This document shows, piece by piece, positions 51,737 through 62,217 of a DNA stretch of 64,000 nt (position 1 is its first letter; every line of letters begins with the position of its first letter). The DNA comes from Sphingomonadales bacterium (GTDB lineage Bacteria > Pseudomonadota > Alphaproteobacteria > Sphingomonadales > Sphingomonadaceae). The stretch spans positions 66,083-130,082 of the forward strand of contig JADKCA010000008.1 of NCBI GenBank assembly GCA_016714795.1, given 5' to 3'. The position numbers and the translations under genes are program-made. The notes beneath the pieces were generated by a model. The model was not told the DNA's origin. It made no database searches and saw only the letters and a program-made list of their open reading frames with translations.

Positions 51737-52510
51737 ATGGCAGAAAATCTGTTTGATCTGACCGGCAAGGTAGCGCTGGTAACAGGTGCCAATTCGGGGC
51801 TCGGCTTTGGCTTTGCCGAAGGGCTGGCTCGCGCCGGGAGCGACATCATCCTGTGGGGCCGCCGTGCGGACGCGAACGAGCGCGCGGCAGACAAGCTCCG
51901 CGCGCTGGGTGTGAAGGTCCATACCGAGAGTGTGGATGTGTCGGACGAAGCCGCGATTGTTGCGGGCGTCGCGTCCGGGCTGGCGGCCATGGGCAAGATC
52001 GACACCGTGGTCGCCAATGCCGGGATCGCGAGCCAGAAGGCGTTCATCGACATGGATGCCGAGACCTATCACCACCTCATCAACGTCAACCAGCACGGCG
52101 TCGTCTTCACCCTGCGCGAGGTCGCAAAGCATATGGTGGCAAGAGGTGGCGGTGGATCGATGATCGTCTGCGGGAGCGGCTCGATTTTTCAGGGCGTGCC
52201 GACGATGACGCATTACGGCGCGGCCAAAGGGGCGCTCGCCGCACTTGCTAAGGGGATCGCCGCAGAGCTCGGTCCGCACGGCATCCGCTGCAACGTGATC
52301 GCGCCGGGCTTCATCATCACCGAAATGACGATGGCGGACCCTGAAATCGGTAAGATGATCGCTGACGCGGTATCGGCCAAGGCGCCGATTGGTCGTGCGG
52401 GCAATCCCGATGATCTGTGGGGGGCGGCCGTCTATCTCGCCAGCGATCTTTCCCGCTATCATACGGGTGACACGCTCATCATTGATGGTGGCAAGATCAT
52501 CAATAACTAG
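51737..52510 (+). CDS. SDR-family oxidoreductase
   Basis: 'VTGANSGLG', 'NAG' and the Y-x3-K region 'YGAAKGA'. Confidence 0.9.
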   Translation: MAENLFDLTGKVALVTGANSGLGFGFAEGLARAGSDIILWGRRADANERAADKLRALGVKVHTESVDVSDEAAIVAGVASGLAAMGKIDTVVANAGIASQKAFIDMDAETYHHLINVNQHGVVFTLREVAKHMVARGGGGSMIVCGSGSIFQGVPTMTHYGAAKGALAALAKGIAAELGPHGIRCNVIAPGFIITEMTMADPEIGKMIADAVSAKAPIGRAGNPDDLWGAAVYLASDLSRYHTGDTLIIDGGKIINN

Positions 52511-52524
52511 AAGGAAAAGGTCCC

Positions 52525-53022
52525 GTGTTTCCGCGCCCCAACGCTTGGCATAATCAGAATGCCTATGTCACCACCGATATGGATCAGGCGCTTGCTCTCT
52601 GGCGCGATGCGTTTGACGTGACATCCTTCTTCGTGTTCGAAAATGACGCGCCCGGGATGGAATGTTCGCATCCTTACCGCCTGAGAATCGCGCTCGGCAA
52701 CGTCGGGGGCACAGAAATTGAGCTGATTCAGCCGCTGGATGGCAATGCGATGTACAGCGATGTTTTACCCAAGGATGGTAGCTTTGCGGTGCGCTTTCAT
52801 CACATTTGCATGCGCATCAATGGTCCGCTTGCCAATTTCGAAGCGCATATGGCGTCGATTGATTCGACCGCGCATCCCGTCGCTTATAGCGGCGGCATGG
52901 CCGATCTGATGCGTTTTGCCTATACTGACGAGCGCGCGACGCTGGGCCATTATATCGAGCATGTCTGGTTCGATGACGGCTTTTACAGCCAGATGGCGGC
53001 CGCCATCCCGGTTTATCCATGA
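52525..53022 (+). CDS. VOC (glyoxalase/dioxygenase-fold) family protein
   Basis: GTG start. 'GGTEIELIQPLDG' and 'HHICM' are typical VOC metal-site contexts. Confidence 0.7.
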   Translation: MFPRPNAWHNQNAYVTTDMDQALALWRDAFDVTSFFVFENDAPGMECSHPYRLRIALGNVGGTEIELIQPLDGNAMYSDVLPKDGSFAVRFHHICMRINGPLANFEAHMASIDSTAHPVAYSGGMADLMRFAYTDERATLGHYIEHVWFDDGFYSQMAAAIPVYP

Positions 53023-53777
53023 CCGCGCTTACCGCTTTGAATTTTCGCGATCTGGGTGGCCTGCCTGCCGCCAGTGGCATGATGCGGACTGGCGTGCTCT
53101 ACCGCAGCGAAGGGCCACGCAATTTCAGCGTCGGGCAACTTGCGGAATTACAGGCGCTGAACATCCGCGCCATCATTGACTTGCGGTCTGGCGAAGAACG
53201 TGAAGAGATCCCGCATGAATGGCATGACGGCGACTGCCAATGGCTCGGCCTGGATGTCGAGGCGGATTTGCGCGTGTTCGGCCATGACGGTCGGGAGCGG
53301 CTTGCCAAGGGACCGGAACCCGAAATCGCTATTGAAACGATGAAGGAAACCTATCGCTTCATTCCCAGGTCGCTGCTCAACCATTGGCCGGTCATTTCGG
53401 AAACACTGCTTGATGGCCACGTGCCAGCGCTTGTCAATTGCACGGCGGGCAAGGACCGGACGGGCGTGGCCATTGCACTTCTGCTTGAACTGGCGGGCGT
53501 GCCGCGCGACGCCATCATGCAGGATTATCTCGCGTCCGATATTTTTGGCGAGAATATGTTTCGTGCCGGAACGATCGAGGCTGGGTTCATGGGGAGTTAC
53601 GGTTTCTTGCCGAGCCCGGGGCAGATACAGGCTCTGGTTGGTGTCCGGCCTGACTATCTGGAAACAGCCTGGGGCGAGGTCGATCAGGCACACGGTGGTT
53701 TCGCCAGTTATTTTGAACAGGCCGGGGTGGACGCACAGGCTCAGGCCGCATTGCGAGCCATGCTCGTGGCAAAATGA
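53019..53777 (+). CDS. protein-tyrosine phosphatase-like protein
   Basis: CX5R P-loop 'NCTAGKDRTG'. ATGA overlap with the upstream gene. Confidence 0.8.
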   Translation: MTALTALNFRDLGGLPAASGMMRTGVLYRSEGPRNFSVGQLAELQALNIRAIIDLRSGEEREEIPHEWHDGDCQWLGLDVEADLRVFGHDGRERLAKGPEPEIAIETMKETYRFIPRSLLNHWPVISETLLDGHVPALVNCTAGKDRTGVAIALLLELAGVPRDAIMQDYLASDIFGENMFRAGTIEAGFMGSYGFLPSPGQIQALVGVRPDYLETAWGEVDQAHGGFASYFEQAGVDAQAQAALRAMLVAK

Positions 53778-53806
53778 ACACAAAATTGAGAGAAGGAAGA
53801 GACATC

Positions 53807-54664
53807 ATGAACACAGGCGGCGTTATCGGATTGGGCGGCATTGGCGGCGGCGTGGCACAGTGCCTTCAGCGCTCTGGCCAATTGACAGCCATTTTTGATG
53901 TGCGGGCAGAAGCTGCTGCAAACGTGCCGGGCGCACCGGCCATGTCGGCCACGCCGCGTGATCTGGCCGCCGCATCGGATTGTGTACTCATCGCGGTTCT
54001 GAACGGTGCGCAGACCATTGCCGTGCTGGACGGACCGGACGGTGTTCTGGCTGCCAACAAGCCGGGGCAGATGGTCATCCTGCTATCCACGATTTCGATG
54101 ACCGATCTCGCCACGTCGCAAAAACTCTGCGCTGATGCCGGTGTGATGCTGATCGACTGCGGCGTGACCAATGGTCCAAAGTCGGGGCAGAATGGCCTGA
54201 TCTGCCTGGCGGGTGGCACTGATACCGATATGGCCGCGGCCAAGCCGATCTTTGATGGCTTTGCAGGCTCTGTCATTCATATGGGTGGGCCGGGCGCTGG
54301 CATGGCGGCCAAGATCGCGCGCAACACGACCTATTTCGGTTGCATTCGTGCGGGCTATGAAGGCTCGGTCATCGCGCGCAATTACGGTGTCGATATGGGG
54401 CAATTGCGTCAGGCCCTGTCTGGCGACCCCGATTCCGGCGGCGGCCTCGAAGGCGCGCTGGCGATGGCGATCCGCCCTGAACCCGCAGGCAATGAGCAGG
54501 AAACGGGCATCCGCAATTACTTTATGGGCCTGATGATCAAGGATCTTGAAGTCGCCATTGAAGAAGCCGCCAAATTTGGTGCGCGCTTGCCGATGGTCGA
54601 ACTGATCCGCGACAATGCACTGTCCACATCAGGACTTGAACACCCGATGGGCCAACCTCTTTAA
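53807..54664 (+). CDS. NAD(P)-dependent dehydrogenase (3-hydroxyisobutyrate/6-phosphogluconate dehydrogenase-like)
   Basis: Rossmann 'VIGLGGIGGGVA'. Typical length and C-terminal helical domain. Confidence 0.7.
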   Translation: MNTGGVIGLGGIGGGVAQCLQRSGQLTAIFDVRAEAAANVPGAPAMSATPRDLAAASDCVLIAVLNGAQTIAVLDGPDGVLAANKPGQMVILLSTISMTDLATSQKLCADAGVMLIDCGVTNGPKSGQNGLICLAGGTDTDMAAAKPIFDGFAGSVIHMGGPGAGMAAKIARNTTYFGCIRAGYEGSVIARNYGVDMGQLRQALSGDPDSGGGLEGALAMAIRPEPAGNEQETGIRNYFMGLMIKDLEVAIEEAAKFGARLPMVELIRDNALSTSGLEHPMGQPL

Positions 54665-54681
54665 CCGTAAAGGACAATCAG

Positions 54682-55067
54682 ATGAGTGAGAAAAATTGGG
54701 AAAAGGGCACGGAAGTGTTCGACGCGGTCTACGGGCCGGGCACGTCGGAAATGGTCAAGCCGTACAAGGACTCGCCATTCAATCAGGAGATTGTCGGCAA
54801 CCAGTTCGCCAATCTGTGGGGAATGACGCCTTCACGATCCGCGAAAAACGGCTGATGGTTCTCGGCGCGACCGCGATGCTGGGACGTCAGGATCTGGTGG
54901 AAATCCAGATGACAGGCGCGCTGACCAACGGCGAATTTACCGATGAACAACTCGATCAGATTCCGCTCTTCCTGCTCTTCTATGCAGGCGCTGGGAATTG
55001 CACGGCTTTGTTCCGGGGCATTGAAGCCGCCAAGGCACGCATCGCTGCTGCAAAGAAGGATGGCTGA
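54682..55067 (+). CDS. carboxymuconolactone decarboxylase (CMD)-family protein; frame break at G-run 54818-54821 as assembled
   Basis: ATG 54682 reads 'MSEKNWEKGTEVFDAVYG...QFANLWG'. The -1 frame continues 'NDAFTIREKRLMVLGATAMLGRQDLVEIQMTGALTNGEFTDEQL...' (CMD core). Confidence 0.65.
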
Positions 55068-55069
55068 AC

Positions 55070-55894
55070 ATGCGTGAGCTTCCTCCGCTTGCTCTAGATA
55101 CACAGGCCTTTGCCGCGAAATATGGTCCCTGGGCCGTTATTGCCGGGGCATCGGAGGGGACGGGGGCATGTTACGCACGTGAGTTGGCGGCGATGGGGAT
55201 CAATCTGGTGTTGGTCTCACGCCGTCAGGAGGCGTTGGAGGCACTCGGGGAGGAACTGAAGGGCAGCTATGGCATCGACTACCGTGCTGCTGCGCTTGAT
55301 CTGTCGGCGGAAGGTGCTGGCCTGCGCATATTGGAAGCAGCCTCAGGGCTTGATGTCGGCCTTTATATTTCCAATGCAGGCGCGGACGATTTCGCCCGCT
55401 TTTTTGAAGACGGTGCCGAAGGCGCACACCGACTGGTGCGGATGAACATCTCAACCCTCATCGATGCCAGCAATGGTTTCGGGCAGGGCTTTCTGAAGCG
55501 TGGTACTGGTGGCATCATCGTCATGGCCTCTGGCGCGGGGCTGGGCGGTCAGCCCAATCTGGCGCTTTATTCTGCGACCAAAGCGTTCGAGATCAACTTC
55601 GCAGAATCGCTCTGGGCTGAATATCATGAGCGCGGCATCGACGTGATCGGCATTGCCGCCCCGCTGATGAAGACGCCAACGTTGCTGCGTCTGGTGCCCG
55701 AAGACTTTGACCTTTCGACCGCATATGAACCCGCTGACGTAACGCACAATGCACTGGCTGGCTTGCTGGCTGGTGAGCCGATCCAGATCGTGCCCGACGG
55801 GCCGGGGCAGGAAAAACAGCCGCAGGTAGAAGCAGACCGCAAGGCGCGCCTAGTCGGCTTCGTCGAATTCAACAAGATGTTTACCGGAGGGTGA
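55070..55894 (+). CDS. SDR-family oxidoreductase
   Basis: 'IAGASEGTG', 'NAG' and 'YSATKAF'. Confidence 0.85.
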   Translation: MRELPPLALDTQAFAAKYGPWAVIAGASEGTGACYARELAAMGINLVLVSRRQEALEALGEELKGSYGIDYRAAALDLSAEGAGLRILEAASGLDVGLYISNAGADDFARFFEDGAEGAHRLVRMNISTLIDASNGFGQGFLKRGTGGIIVMASGAGLGGQPNLALYSATKAFEINFAESLWAEYHERGIDVIGIAAPLMKTPTLLRLVPEDFDLSTAYEPADVTHNALAGLLAGEPIQIVPDGPGQEKQPQVEADRKARLVGFVEFNKMFTGG

Positions 55895-55899
55895 AGGCT

Positions 55900-56703
55900 A
55901 TGGGACGTTTGCAGGGCAAGGTCGCGATTGTAACTGGCGGTGGCGGCGGCATCGGGTCAGCTGTGGCGCGCAGGATGGTGTCCGAAGGCGCCAAGGTTGC
56001 CATTGCCGACGTGTTCATGGACTCGGCCAAGGCTGCTGCAGAACCGCTCGGCGATGCAGCGCTCGCCGTGCAGTTTGATGCGCTTGTTCCGGCTTCGATT
56101 GAGGCGATGGTGGAAACAACCGTCAGCCATTTCGGGCGGCTCGATATCCTCCACAATAATGCCGCGATGACCGATCCGGCCAAGCATCCACTTGATACCG
56201 ATGCCGTCACTATTCCCATCGACATCTGGGACGAGATTATCGACATCAACCTGCGCGGTTATCTGCTGGGGTGCAAATATGCGATTCCGCACATGATCGC
56301 GGGCGGCGGCGGTTCGATCATCAACACTGCTTCCAACAGCGGCACAGCGGGTGATCTGGCACGCATTGCATATGGTGCGTCGAAGGGCGCGATCATCACC
56401 ATGACCAAATATATCGCGACCCAGCATGGACGGCAGAATATCCGCTGCAACTCGGTCGCGCCCGGCGTGGTCTTGACCGAGGCGCTGGACAAGACGGTTC
56501 CGGGGCTGAAGGAAATCATCAAGCGCCATATCCTCACGCCTGAATTTGGCACGCCGGATGATATTGCCGCACTGGTCGCGTTTCTGGCTTCGGACGAAAG
56601 CCGCTACATTACCGGAGAGAATATCTCGATCTCCGGCGGCGGGCTGATCCACCAGCCGCATTATGCCGATCTGATGGACTTCATGGCAAAGGCGCTCGGC
56701 TGA
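55900..56703 (+). CDS. SDR-family oxidoreductase
   Basis: GGAGG lies 9 nt before ATG 55900. 'VTGGGGGIG', 'NNAA' and 'YGASKGA'. Confidence 0.9.
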   Translation: MGRLQGKVAIVTGGGGGIGSAVARRMVSEGAKVAIADVFMDSAKAAAEPLGDAALAVQFDALVPASIEAMVETTVSHFGRLDILHNNAAMTDPAKHPLDTDAVTIPIDIWDEIIDINLRGYLLGCKYAIPHMIAGGGGSIINTASNSGTAGDLARIAYGASKGAIITMTKYIATQHGRQNIRCNSVAPGVVLTEALDKTVPGLKEIIKRHILTPEFGTPDDIAALVAFLASDESRYITGENISISGGGLIHQPHYADLMDFMAKALG

Positions 56704-57872
56704 TGAGCGCCCCGCTGACCGTTGCCGGGCTGGAAGTCGCCGCGCGGTCAGCCACTGGGCTCGACGACTTCGGTCCGGACACTGGCTGGCGCAAAGGGTT
56801 TGAACGGCTTGTCGCTGCCGTGGAGGCGATGGGGCCGAATGATCAGCTCCGCCACCTCGCCACACACAATATCGTTGGGCAACTCTCGACCCGGCTGCAC
56901 TTTGTCGAGGATGACAAGAACCATCCCGACATCGCCATGCAGGATATTGGCACGCCGCTGATCGTCATCGGCCTGCCACGCACTGGCACGACGATCAGCT
57001 ATGATCTGCTCTGCCTCGATCCTGAAGCGCGTGCTCCGCGCGAATGGGAATGGTATATTCCCTGGCCGCCAACCGATGCGGCGACGTTCGACACCGATCC
57101 CCGCATCGCACAGGTCACGGCGATGTACGACAATTGGCTGCAACACGCGCCGCAATTGCTCGACATTCAGCGGTTTGACTGCACCCAGCCGGGCGAGTGC
57201 AACCACGGGATGCAATATCATTTCGGCAGCACCAATTTTGCCGCGGAACTGGGCGTGCCGGCATTTGCAGAGTGGCAGCGAAACAATCGCATCGAGGGGC
57301 AATATGTCTCGCACAAGCGGCTGCTCCAGAATTTCCAGTGGAAGGGGCCAAAGGGGCGCTGGACGCTGAAATCGCCGCAACATCTGTTCGATCTGCCTGC
57401 GCTTTTGGACGTCTATCCCGGCGCGATGCTGGTGTGGACGCACCGTGACCCGGCGCTGACCTTCTCGTCACTGTCGAGCTTCATTGCCGGTTTCCTCGCG
57501 GCTTTTGGAGGCGATAAAGACAAGGCCGCGATTGGCCGCGATGTGGTGGAAACCTGGATTGCGGCCATGAACAATGGCCTTGCTGCGCGGGCAGACCCGG
57601 CCATTGAAAGCCGCATCATCGATCTGGCGCACAAAGATGTGGTGGCTGATCCCAAGGGCGCAATCCAACGCATCTATGACAAGTTCGGCTTGAAGTTTTC
57701 CGAGGATCACAAGGCGCGCATCGACCAATTCCTCGCTGAAAACCCTGCCGCCAAGCGCATGGGCAAGCACAAGCATTCGCCCGAACAATATGGCATCGAT
57801 GTGGATGAAGTGCGGACGCGGATGGCTGAGTATTACGACCGATTTGGCGTTCTGTTGGGGAGACCAGAATGA
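56703..57872 (+). CDS. sulfotransferase-family protein
   Basis: 'VIGLPRTGTT' PAPS loop and 'WTLKSPQH'. Confidence 0.8.
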   Translation: MSAPLTVAGLEVAARSATGLDDFGPDTGWRKGFERLVAAVEAMGPNDQLRHLATHNIVGQLSTRLHFVEDDKNHPDIAMQDIGTPLIVIGLPRTGTTISYDLLCLDPEARAPREWEWYIPWPPTDAATFDTDPRIAQVTAMYDNWLQHAPQLLDIQRFDCTQPGECNHGMQYHFGSTNFAAELGVPAFAEWQRNNRIEGQYVSHKRLLQNFQWKGPKGRWTLKSPQHLFDLPALLDVYPGAMLVWTHRDPALTFSSLSSFIAGFLAAFGGDKDKAAIGRDVVETWIAAMNNGLAARADPAIESRIIDLAHKDVVADPKGAIQRIYDKFGLKFSEDHKARIDQFLAENPAAKRMGKHKHSPEQYGIDVDEVRTRMAEYYDRFGVLLGRPE

Positions 57873-58644
57873 GCGTTTTGAACCGTTTCCGTCTGGATGG
57901 TCGCACCGCCATTTTGACTGGCGTTGGCCCCGGCGTGGGTGAGCATGTGGCCAAGGCCTATGCCGAACTCGGCGCAAATGTCGTCATTTCCGCGCGCTCG
58001 CAGGACCGGCTCGACCGGATTGCGGCGGAGATCAATGCGCTGGACGGTGGCCGCGCTTTGGCGGTTGCGGCGGACGCGGGTGAGAAGGCTGACCTTGAAA
58101 ATCTGGTCGCCAAAGCGCGCGAAGCGTTCGGGCCGATCCATATCGTCTTCAACAATGCAGCGGCGGGTGTCGTTTATGCCCATGATGGCGGCCTTTGGGC
58201 GAATACGGACGAGGTCTGGAAAACGGCCATGGACGTCAATGTGCTGGCAACATGGCGACTGACGGAACTCGCCAGCGCGGACATGCAGGCGCATGGCAAG
58301 GGCGTGATTATCTCTGTGCAAAGCTGCGGCGGCTTCACGCCGATTCCGCCCGCTGTCGCTTATGGGGTGAGCAAGGCAGCGCTGGCGTTTCTGACACGCT
58401 CACTCGCGAAGGCGCTGGCCCCGCACACGCGGGTCAACGCGCTGTGCGTCGGATCGATGAGTCCCGACGGGCAGGAGGCGGAGATCCACAAGGGCTGGGC
58501 CTTGCCGAACGCAACGCCATCAAACGCTTTGGCGCGGCCGATGAAGCCGTGGGCGCGGCGATCTTGCTCGCCTCGGACGCATCAAGCTACACCACGGGAA
58601 GCACCGTCTTTGTCGAAGGGGGCCGGGTCGGCACCATCTCATGA
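57869..58644 (+). CDS. SDR-family oxidoreductase; frame break at G-run 58492-58494 as assembled
   Basis: 'LTGVGPGVG', 'NNAA' and 'YGVSKAA' in one frame. The C-terminal 'GLAERNAIKRFGAADEAVGAAILLASDASSYTTGSTVFVEGG' is in the -1 frame (track ORF 58195-58644). Confidence 0.75.
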
Positions 58645-59894
58645 GCAATCCGCTCTACACGCCCGATCAGGAGGCGTCAGAAAAGCTCGCGCTGCGCCTA
58701 ATTGAGCGCGCCGATGTGCGCGCCGCACGGGAAGCCGCTCGGCGGGCGATGAAGACCGATCCCATTGCGCAGACGCTGGATGGTTCCCTCACGCTCGACA
58801 ATGCGCTCGACCAATGGGTGCTGGCGCTCGCCATGCGGGAGGCCAATGGCGATACCGCCGCGCCAACGGTGGTGTGGAACGTCTCCAATCCGCCGCGCAA
58901 TTGGTTTGGCCATGTCTATCACGGCGCGGCGGTCGCCGTGGATAATCCGGATAATTTCAACCGCGAAATCCCGATTGATGGCGCGGGGCGTTATGTGATC
59001 GATTTGCGCTTTTCCGCCAACCCGCCGCAGTTCAGCATCGTGATCGAAATGGAGCCTGCGCATCACGCCGGTCTGGGCCGCAATATCGGCGCGCTGACAC
59101 TGCAACAACTGTTGCCGCATTGCGACGCAGCGGGCCGCGTCACGGTAACTGTCGGGCCAGAGGCGGGTGGGCCCTTGCATCTGCAAAGCGAACCGGGCCG
59201 CATCCAGATTTACACGCGCGACAGTCAGGCCGATTGGGATCAATGTCCGGCGGAAGTCTTAGTCCGTCGGCTTGATCCGCCCTCCGATTGGGTTTCCCGC
59301 AATGAGGATGACATTGCGGCAACGATCATCGCCGATATGCCCGCTTGGATTGCGTTCTGGAGCGGCTTCAAGAATGATTTTCTCGGTTTTCCAGCAACCA
59401 ACACATTGGTTGGGCCCCATGGCCGAGACGGCAATTGGGGCTATCTGGCGGGCGGGCGATTTTGCATCGCCGATGATGAGGCCTTGCTTGTGACGCTTGA
59501 TCCGATTGGCAGTTATTATACCGGCTTCCAGATCACCGACCCCTGGACCATCGCCCCGGACCCGATGCACCGGCTGGCGAGCCTCAATAAAGCGCAGGTC
59601 ACACCCAATGCGGATGGAACTGTTACCTATGCACTTGCTCTGGCCGATCCGAGGGTGGCTAACTGGATCGATACCTGCGGCCTGCATGAGGGGTGGATGC
59701 TGACCCGCTGGCAGGGCGTGCCTGTGGGTGTGCAACTCGATACCATGATCCGCGATGTGCAACTGGTGAAGATGGACGCGGTTCCCGACACGATTCCCAA
59801 AATTGATCTGGAGGGCCGACGCGCTCAAATCGCAAACCGCGCACGAGGCTTTGCACAGCGGACGAGACAGGAAGGGTGGCGCAATGCAGGCTGA
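58641..59894 (+). CDS. hypothetical protein
   Basis: 417-codon ORF coupled to neighbours on both sides. No motif recognised. Confidence 0.6.
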   Translation: MSNPLYTPDQEASEKLALRLIERADVRAAREAARRAMKTDPIAQTLDGSLTLDNALDQWVLALAMREANGDTAAPTVVWNVSNPPRNWFGHVYHGAAVAVDNPDNFNREIPIDGAGRYVIDLRFSANPPQFSIVIEMEPAHHAGLGRNIGALTLQQLLPHCDAAGRVTVTVGPEAGGPLHLQSEPGRIQIYTRDSQADWDQCPAEVLVRRLDPPSDWVSRNEDDIAATIIADMPAWIAFWSGFKNDFLGFPATNTLVGPHGRDGNWGYLAGGRFCIADDEALLVTLDPIGSYYTGFQITDPWTIAPDPMHRLASLNKAQVTPNADGTVTYALALADPRVANWIDTCGLHEGWMLTRWQGVPVGVQLDTMIRDVQLVKMDAVPDTIPKIDLEGRRAQIANRARGFAQRTRQEGWRNAG

Positions 59895-60426
59895 AGGATC
59901 GATCCTCGAGCTATGCCACGTCACTCACGATCTGGATGGCGCGCTCCTTCACTGGACGCGCGATCTGGGCGCAGGGCCATTCTTCGTGTTCGACGTGCCG
60001 GTGTTGCCGGGCCAACTTTACTATGGTGCGCCGACAGAGGTTTCGATGCGCGTCGGTTTCGGCTTTTCGGGCGGTGTGTTGATCGAATTGCTGGAACAGA
60101 CGAATGACGGCACTTCGCCGTTCCGCGATTTTCTGAGCGAGCGGGGCGAGGGGCTCCACCACATCATGCCGCGCTGTGATTTCGATGCAGGCTATGCGCG
60201 CCTCTCCGCAGCGGGGCATCGGGTGGCATATAGCGGCACGATGCCCTCGGGCGAGCGCTTCTGCCTGTTTGACACCCGCGCCAGCAACGGGGCCTATGTC
60301 GAACTGATGGAGCTTTCGCCTGCGATGCTCGGCTCGCTTGCCCTGATGGAAAAGGCCCATGTCACTTGGGACGGGGTCACTGATCCGATCCGAGGCATGG
60401 ACCGGCTGGCGGAACTGGCGGGCTGA
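59884..60426 (+). CDS. VOC (glyoxalase/dioxygenase-fold) family protein
   Basis: ATG 59884. 'LCHVTHD...GGVLIELLEQ...GLHHIM' has a VOC-like metal-ligand spacing. Confidence 0.7.
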   Translation: MQAEGSILELCHVTHDLDGALLHWTRDLGAGPFFVFDVPVLPGQLYYGAPTEVSMRVGFGFSGGVLIELLEQTNDGTSPFRDFLSERGEGLHHIMPRCDFDAGYARLSAAGHRVAYSGTMPSGERFCLFDTRASNGAYVELMELSPAMLGSLALMEKAHVTWDGVTDPIRGMDRLAELAG

Positions 60427-60486
60427 CTCAACACCGTCATTCCAAATCAAGTTTGGAATGACGGGGGGCAGATTGACGAACCAGCC

Positions 60487-61302
60487 TTACAGCTTCCCGC
60501 TGCCCATTTGCGCGAAGAGCTTCTGGAAATCGGCATAGCTCGGCTGATGCGCCGTCACGCCACCATCAATCGGGATCGCAGCACCCGTGATGAACTTGCT
60601 TTCATCGCTCGCCAGGAACGCCACCAGATTGGCAATGTCCTCTGGCGCGCCGAGTTCTGGCGTCAGGTGGTGCGACAGGAGAATGTCCTTCACGACGTCG
60701 GGCGTCGATTCAACGGCTAGCGGGGTGAGTACAAAACCGATCACCATGCAGTTGGAACGGACATTCTGCTTGCCATATTGCGTCGCGATCATGCGGTTTA
60801 GGTGGATCAGCGCGGCTTTGGATGAACCGTAAGCCGTCAGCGTCGATTCCCCCTGCACACCAAAGCCCGATGCGCTGTGGATGATCGATCCGCCGCCCTG
60901 CGATATCATGTGCGGGATGGCATATTTGCTCATCAGCATCGCGCCGCGCACATTGACCGCCATCGCCAGATCCCAGGCAGCAACATCGAGATTGACGACA
61001 TCGAGGTCCTTCTGGCGCTGCGCATCATTCTGGATCGCGGCGTTGTTGTGGAGGATGTCGATCCGGCCAAAGCGCTCAATGGCGAAATCGGCGAGCGCTT
61101 TCACCGATGCTTCGTCGGTCAGGTCCACGGCGTGAGAGACTGACCCGGCGATGCCGGATGACGCGCCTTCGGCCGCCTTGGCATCAATGTCGGCAAGGAT
61201 CACGGTTGCGCCATCTGCAGCCAAGCGCCGTGCGGAAGCCACGCCAATGCCGCCTGCCGCGCCCGTGACGATGGCGATGCGTCCTTCAAGCCGTCCCGTC
61301 AT
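60487..61302 (-). CDS. SDR-family oxidoreductase
   Basis: ATG 61302. 'VTGAAGGIG', 'NNAA' and 'YGSSKAA'. Confidence 0.9.
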   Translation of the reverse strand: MTGRLEGRIAIVTGAAGGIGVASARRLAADGATVILADIDAKAAEGASSGIAGSVSHAVDLTDEASVKALADFAIERFGRIDILHNNAAIQNDAQRQKDLDVVNLDVAAWDLAMAVNVRGAMLMSKYAIPHMISQGGGSIIHSASGFGVQGESTLTAYGSSKAALIHLNRMIATQYGKQNVRSNCMVIGFVLTPLAVESTPDVVKDILLSHHLTPELGAPEDIANLVAFLASDESKFITGAAIPIDGGVTAHQPSYADFQKLFAQMGSGKL

Positions 61303-61440
61303 CCCAAACTCCTCATATTTCGCTGCTCCGATTGTCTCGTGGCGAGCCACAGAGACCTTCGCTCGTGACCTGCCCAAGGAAAGGTCATCGCGCGAACGCG
61401 CAAGATCATGATAGCGGTAGTTTGGGGGAGAGAAACCGCA

Positions 61441-62217
61441 ATGAACACCACAATACCGCCCGTGCCGATCATGCCAGCGCCGGAGCCTGCGGGAATGATC
61501 TTTCTGACCGGAACGATCATCATCATGACGGGCTTCCTGCTCTGGTGGGCGTTTGGTGGAGAGCGGAAGCGCAATGGCTGGGTGATGCCGCTCATTTTTG
61601 CCGGAACTGCGCTGTCTTCAATCATGATCGAGCCAATTTTCGACAACACCCTATTGTATTGGTATCCGGCGGAAAATCCGCTGTCCTACTACCGCGCTTA
61701 TGATCGCACGATCCCGCTGTTTGTGCCGCTGGGCTATGCGTGGTTTTTCGGCGGATCGGCTTATCTCACTTGGCGGGTGATTGAAGGCGGAGCAACCAAG
61801 GGCCGCATCTGGGCACTGTTCGCGGGGACGGTTGTGGTGGACTGGTTGGCCGTGTCCATCTGCGAATGGCTGGGCCTTAGCGCCTTTTACGGCAACCAGC
61901 CTTACCACCTGTTCGGGTCGCCTTTGTGGTTCTCGTTCTGCGATGCGACCGATGGCTTTGTGCTGGGTGCGGCGCTGACATTGTTCATGCCCTATTTGAA
62001 AGGCATGCGGCGATTGTGGCTGCTGATCCTGCCAAGCTTCACTTATGGCTCGACGCTCGGATCAACCACCGCGCCCGTCTCGCTGGCCCTTAATTCGGGC
62101 TGGCCGACTTGGGCGGTGTGGGCTGGCGGGACTGCGACTATGGCCATGTGCCTGATCGTCGTTCATGTTGTTGCGCAAATGTCGGATGCGCGCGCAAGGG
62201 CAGGTGCCAAGGCATGA
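61441..62217 (+). CDS. hypothetical integral membrane protein
   Basis: ATG 61441. About 7 hydrophobic segments. The stop overlaps the MFS start (ATGA). Confidence 0.6.
   Translation: MNTTIPPVPIMPAPEPAGMIFLTGTIIIMTGFLLWWAFGGERKRNGWVMPLIFAGTALSSIMIEPIFDNTLLYWYPAENPLSYYRAYDRTIPLFVPLGYAWFFGGSAYLTWRVIEGGATKGRIWALFAGTVVVDWLAVSICEWLGLSAFYGNQPYHLFGSPLWFSFCDATDGFVLGAALTLFMPYLKGMRRLWLLILPSFTYGSTLGSTTAPVSLALNSGWPTWAVWAGGTATMAMCLIVVHVVAQMSDARARAGAKA

Noticed and set aside
55957-56865. 302-codon minus-strand ORF
   Set aside because: It is antisense to an SDR gene with canonical TGxxxGxG / YxxxK motifs.
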